Source: Piedraia hortae CBS 480.64
Lineage: Eukaryota
Length of the DNA stretch: 64,000 nt
Direction: 5' to 3'
Assembly (NCBI GenBank): GCA_010093745.1
Contig: MU005966.1
Coordinates: 131,628 to 195,627, forward strand
The first letter of the stretch is position 1; each line of letters starts with the position of its first letter. This document shows, one piece after another, positions 61,780-64,000 of the stretch. The notes beneath the pieces are model-generated. The model did not search any database, was not told where the DNA came from, and was given only the letters and a program-made list of their open reading frames with translations. Position numbers and translations under genes: made by a program.

Positions 61780-62229
61780 GAGAAGACTTCTGCCTCTCCT
61801 TGCCCCTTCCCTTGGAATTTCTCTCTTTGGCTCTGTAATCCACTGATCCAGTGCCCTCAAAAGCGGATGTGGGAGAGGATTGCGGCCGAAGTTGTTCGCA
61901 GTGGGCGCAATAGTATCGCTTCTCTCGCGCCTGGTGGAGAGGGTAAAATTCGGCGTGGGTGTGGAGGCAGATGCAGAGAGAAGAGGCTTGGCTACAGGAG
62001 CAGGAGTAGGAGCAGCCGGTGAAGAATTCTTGACCACTTTGCTGCTGTAAGGGGTAGATGTAGCTTAGTTGTTGACGGAACTTAGGCAGGTAGTGGCGCG
62101 CTGCGAGAACAAGAGGATTACCATCCGGTGCAGGGTTTGATCTTTCCGACTCATGGTCCATATCCTCCTAGCGATAGGGTTCCACGCGCACGAGATTTTC
62201 ACCTATGCGGTCCTGCTTCGTGTTCAGCG

Positions 62230-62374
62230 TGTTGGCATGGAGACTTGTTGCTATTAGTGTACGATGCCATTGTGCGACACATCTCTTACACCAACAGCTG
62301 CATCCTAGGTTTTGTACTCACAGATGTTTCCCTCAGGGTCATGTCGCATACGACATGGTGAATGCGCCCCGCTA
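62230..62374 (-). mobile_element. Truncated, diverged family 1 LTR fragment (copy E)
   Basis: CAGCTGCATCCTAGGTTTT...TTTCCCTCAGGGTCATGTC...GACATGGTGAATGCGCCCCGCTA matches copy B (27356-27436). Confidence 0.75.
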
Positions 62375-64000
62375 TACTGCCAACCCCGCAAAATATTGAA
62401 TCATGATTTATGTCAAGGTGTTTAAAAGTGGATACAACAGTCCAAACAACAGCTATACTATACCCCATGCAATACTCTTACAATGGTCCAGCCAACATTG
62501 GCTGAACTCTTCTGACAACAATTGATTCAAGTCTTGCTCGAATACAGATACAAGTGCCGTTGCATTATCTTATTAACATTTGGTGGAAAGCAGGCTCAGC
62601 CCTCATACCGCCCATACATCGGATATCAAATGATTCGATTGATATGGTCCACAAAGATGTATATGATAATATACACAGGCTACGTACTGGTCGCCTGAAA
62701 GACGCCTCCGTCTTCCGTCCATCCGCACACTTCCAAATCCTCCTCCAGGATACGTTGCCTAAGAAACATCAGAAATCATAGAATCGAAAGTGCAGATAGT
62801 ACCTACCTCGCAGCTTCGCCTAAGTCCCGGTAGGCGCGGTCAGACTTAGCGAAGAATTGCATATCCAGGCGGGCGGAGGACGTTGGCCGAGCCTGGTCGG
62901 CCTTCCACCGCTGCGCGTATAGCAATCAGCGAAAGTAACTTGAATTTGATCCGGGCAATGAAACTCACCCAAACCGCCGCGGCCTCCGCCATAGCCGTCG
63001 TCACCAGCGACGGCCGGGCCCCGTCCAAGCCGCTGAGGGCCCGAACAACCTCAAACAGCGTGGGGCCGTTCCACACGGTGTTCAGGCGATCCCGAACGTA
63101 GGCCAGAGCCCGGCCGCGCCAAGTTGGGATGTCCTTTCTGACAGCCCCAAGCTGCTGCTCGGACACAATACCCCGGCTAAGAAGCTCCTCCTGGATAGGT
63201 TAGCCACACGACTTATCTTGTTCCGGTACAAGGGTGAAAGCTCACCACCAGGGCGTTGGTACTACGCCAAACTTTGGCGTTGTAGAGCTCGAAGTGAAGC
63301 ATTCGCCTCATGGCCTTTTGTATGGACTGCTTTTCATTAGTGATGACCATGCTGATCGGGCTCCGACTTGCCACCTGCAACTCCTTGGCAACCACAGGCG
63401 TCCCCTGCCCCCGAATTTCCTGCAGATGCCGAATGATTTCAGCATTCTGCTCTGCCAGCAAGCTGGCTAGCCCAGCAGGGGGCTCTTCTACCGCCGCCGC
63501 CGAATGCTTGGTGCTGGCCGTCAGTAACGGCGCAGCATCCACTGCCGCCCCACCGGCACGCAACGATGCTTGCGGTCGTGGTGCACGAGGGGAGACCCTT
63601 CTGCGGGGGCGGCTAAGCTAGTCGACGTTGACATGGCGGCGCTGGCATACGGAACGAGCAGTAACGTTACAGGCCTAGCTATGGTGGATTCCGCCATGTT
63701 GTGTTCATTACGTTTTAACAACGCAGAGCCACCGCCCAAGGTAACTGGCCCGACGTGGAGTAACGCGTTAAAGCACTACCAACGACTTGACGAATAGTGG
63801 CCACGACCGCGACGATGCTATAGACAGCAGCGCTTGTCTGAAACCTGCACCGATAACATACATTGCGTCAGGTTTTCCGGTGCTCTTAAAAGACCAATCT
63901 GCGTATAATAGCATGCAGGTGTTCTTGTTCGCTTCTTTACCGCAGTGCGCTGCTGCGGGCCGGGCAGTCACCTTGTATGCAGACGTTTTGACGTCGCTCA

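Noticed and set aside
62846..63800. GC-rich overlapping short ORFs near the window end
   Set aside because: No recognisable motifs or consistent splice model; probably another decayed element or gene.
1..64000. tRNA, rRNA or telomeric arrays
   Set aside because: None recognised by eye; tRNAscan-SE and Infernal would be needed to exclude them.

Overview
Eukaryotic, filamentous-ascomycete (Pezizomycotina, Dothideomycete-like) genomic DNA with two scaffold gaps. Four very compact islands of conserved housekeeping genes carry 44-61 nt introns and mostly 35-215 bp intergenic gaps: ERG1/velvet/coronin; CTK3/THADA-TRM732/TIM23; phosphate carrier/F-box-WD40/PDA1; and HAT1/ZIP/VPS17/MEF2. Between them lie long degenerate tracts containing solo LTRs with target-site duplications (three families, one nested), a decayed CACTA/Plavaka-like DNA transposon, probable Tc1/hAT/Crypton relics, and eroded host pseudogenes (M20 beta-ureidopropionase-like, F-box, secreted NucA/NucB-like DNase, a conserved hypothetical). 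The most unusual gene encodes a roughly 1,950-aa secreted repeat protein (53415-59287) with GYG-motif blocks at both ends, a Thr-rich 45/59-aa repeat core, CxGPxC repeats and no GPI signal. It is a candidate extracellular structural or cement protein. All family assignments come from motif recognition by eye; no database searches were run.
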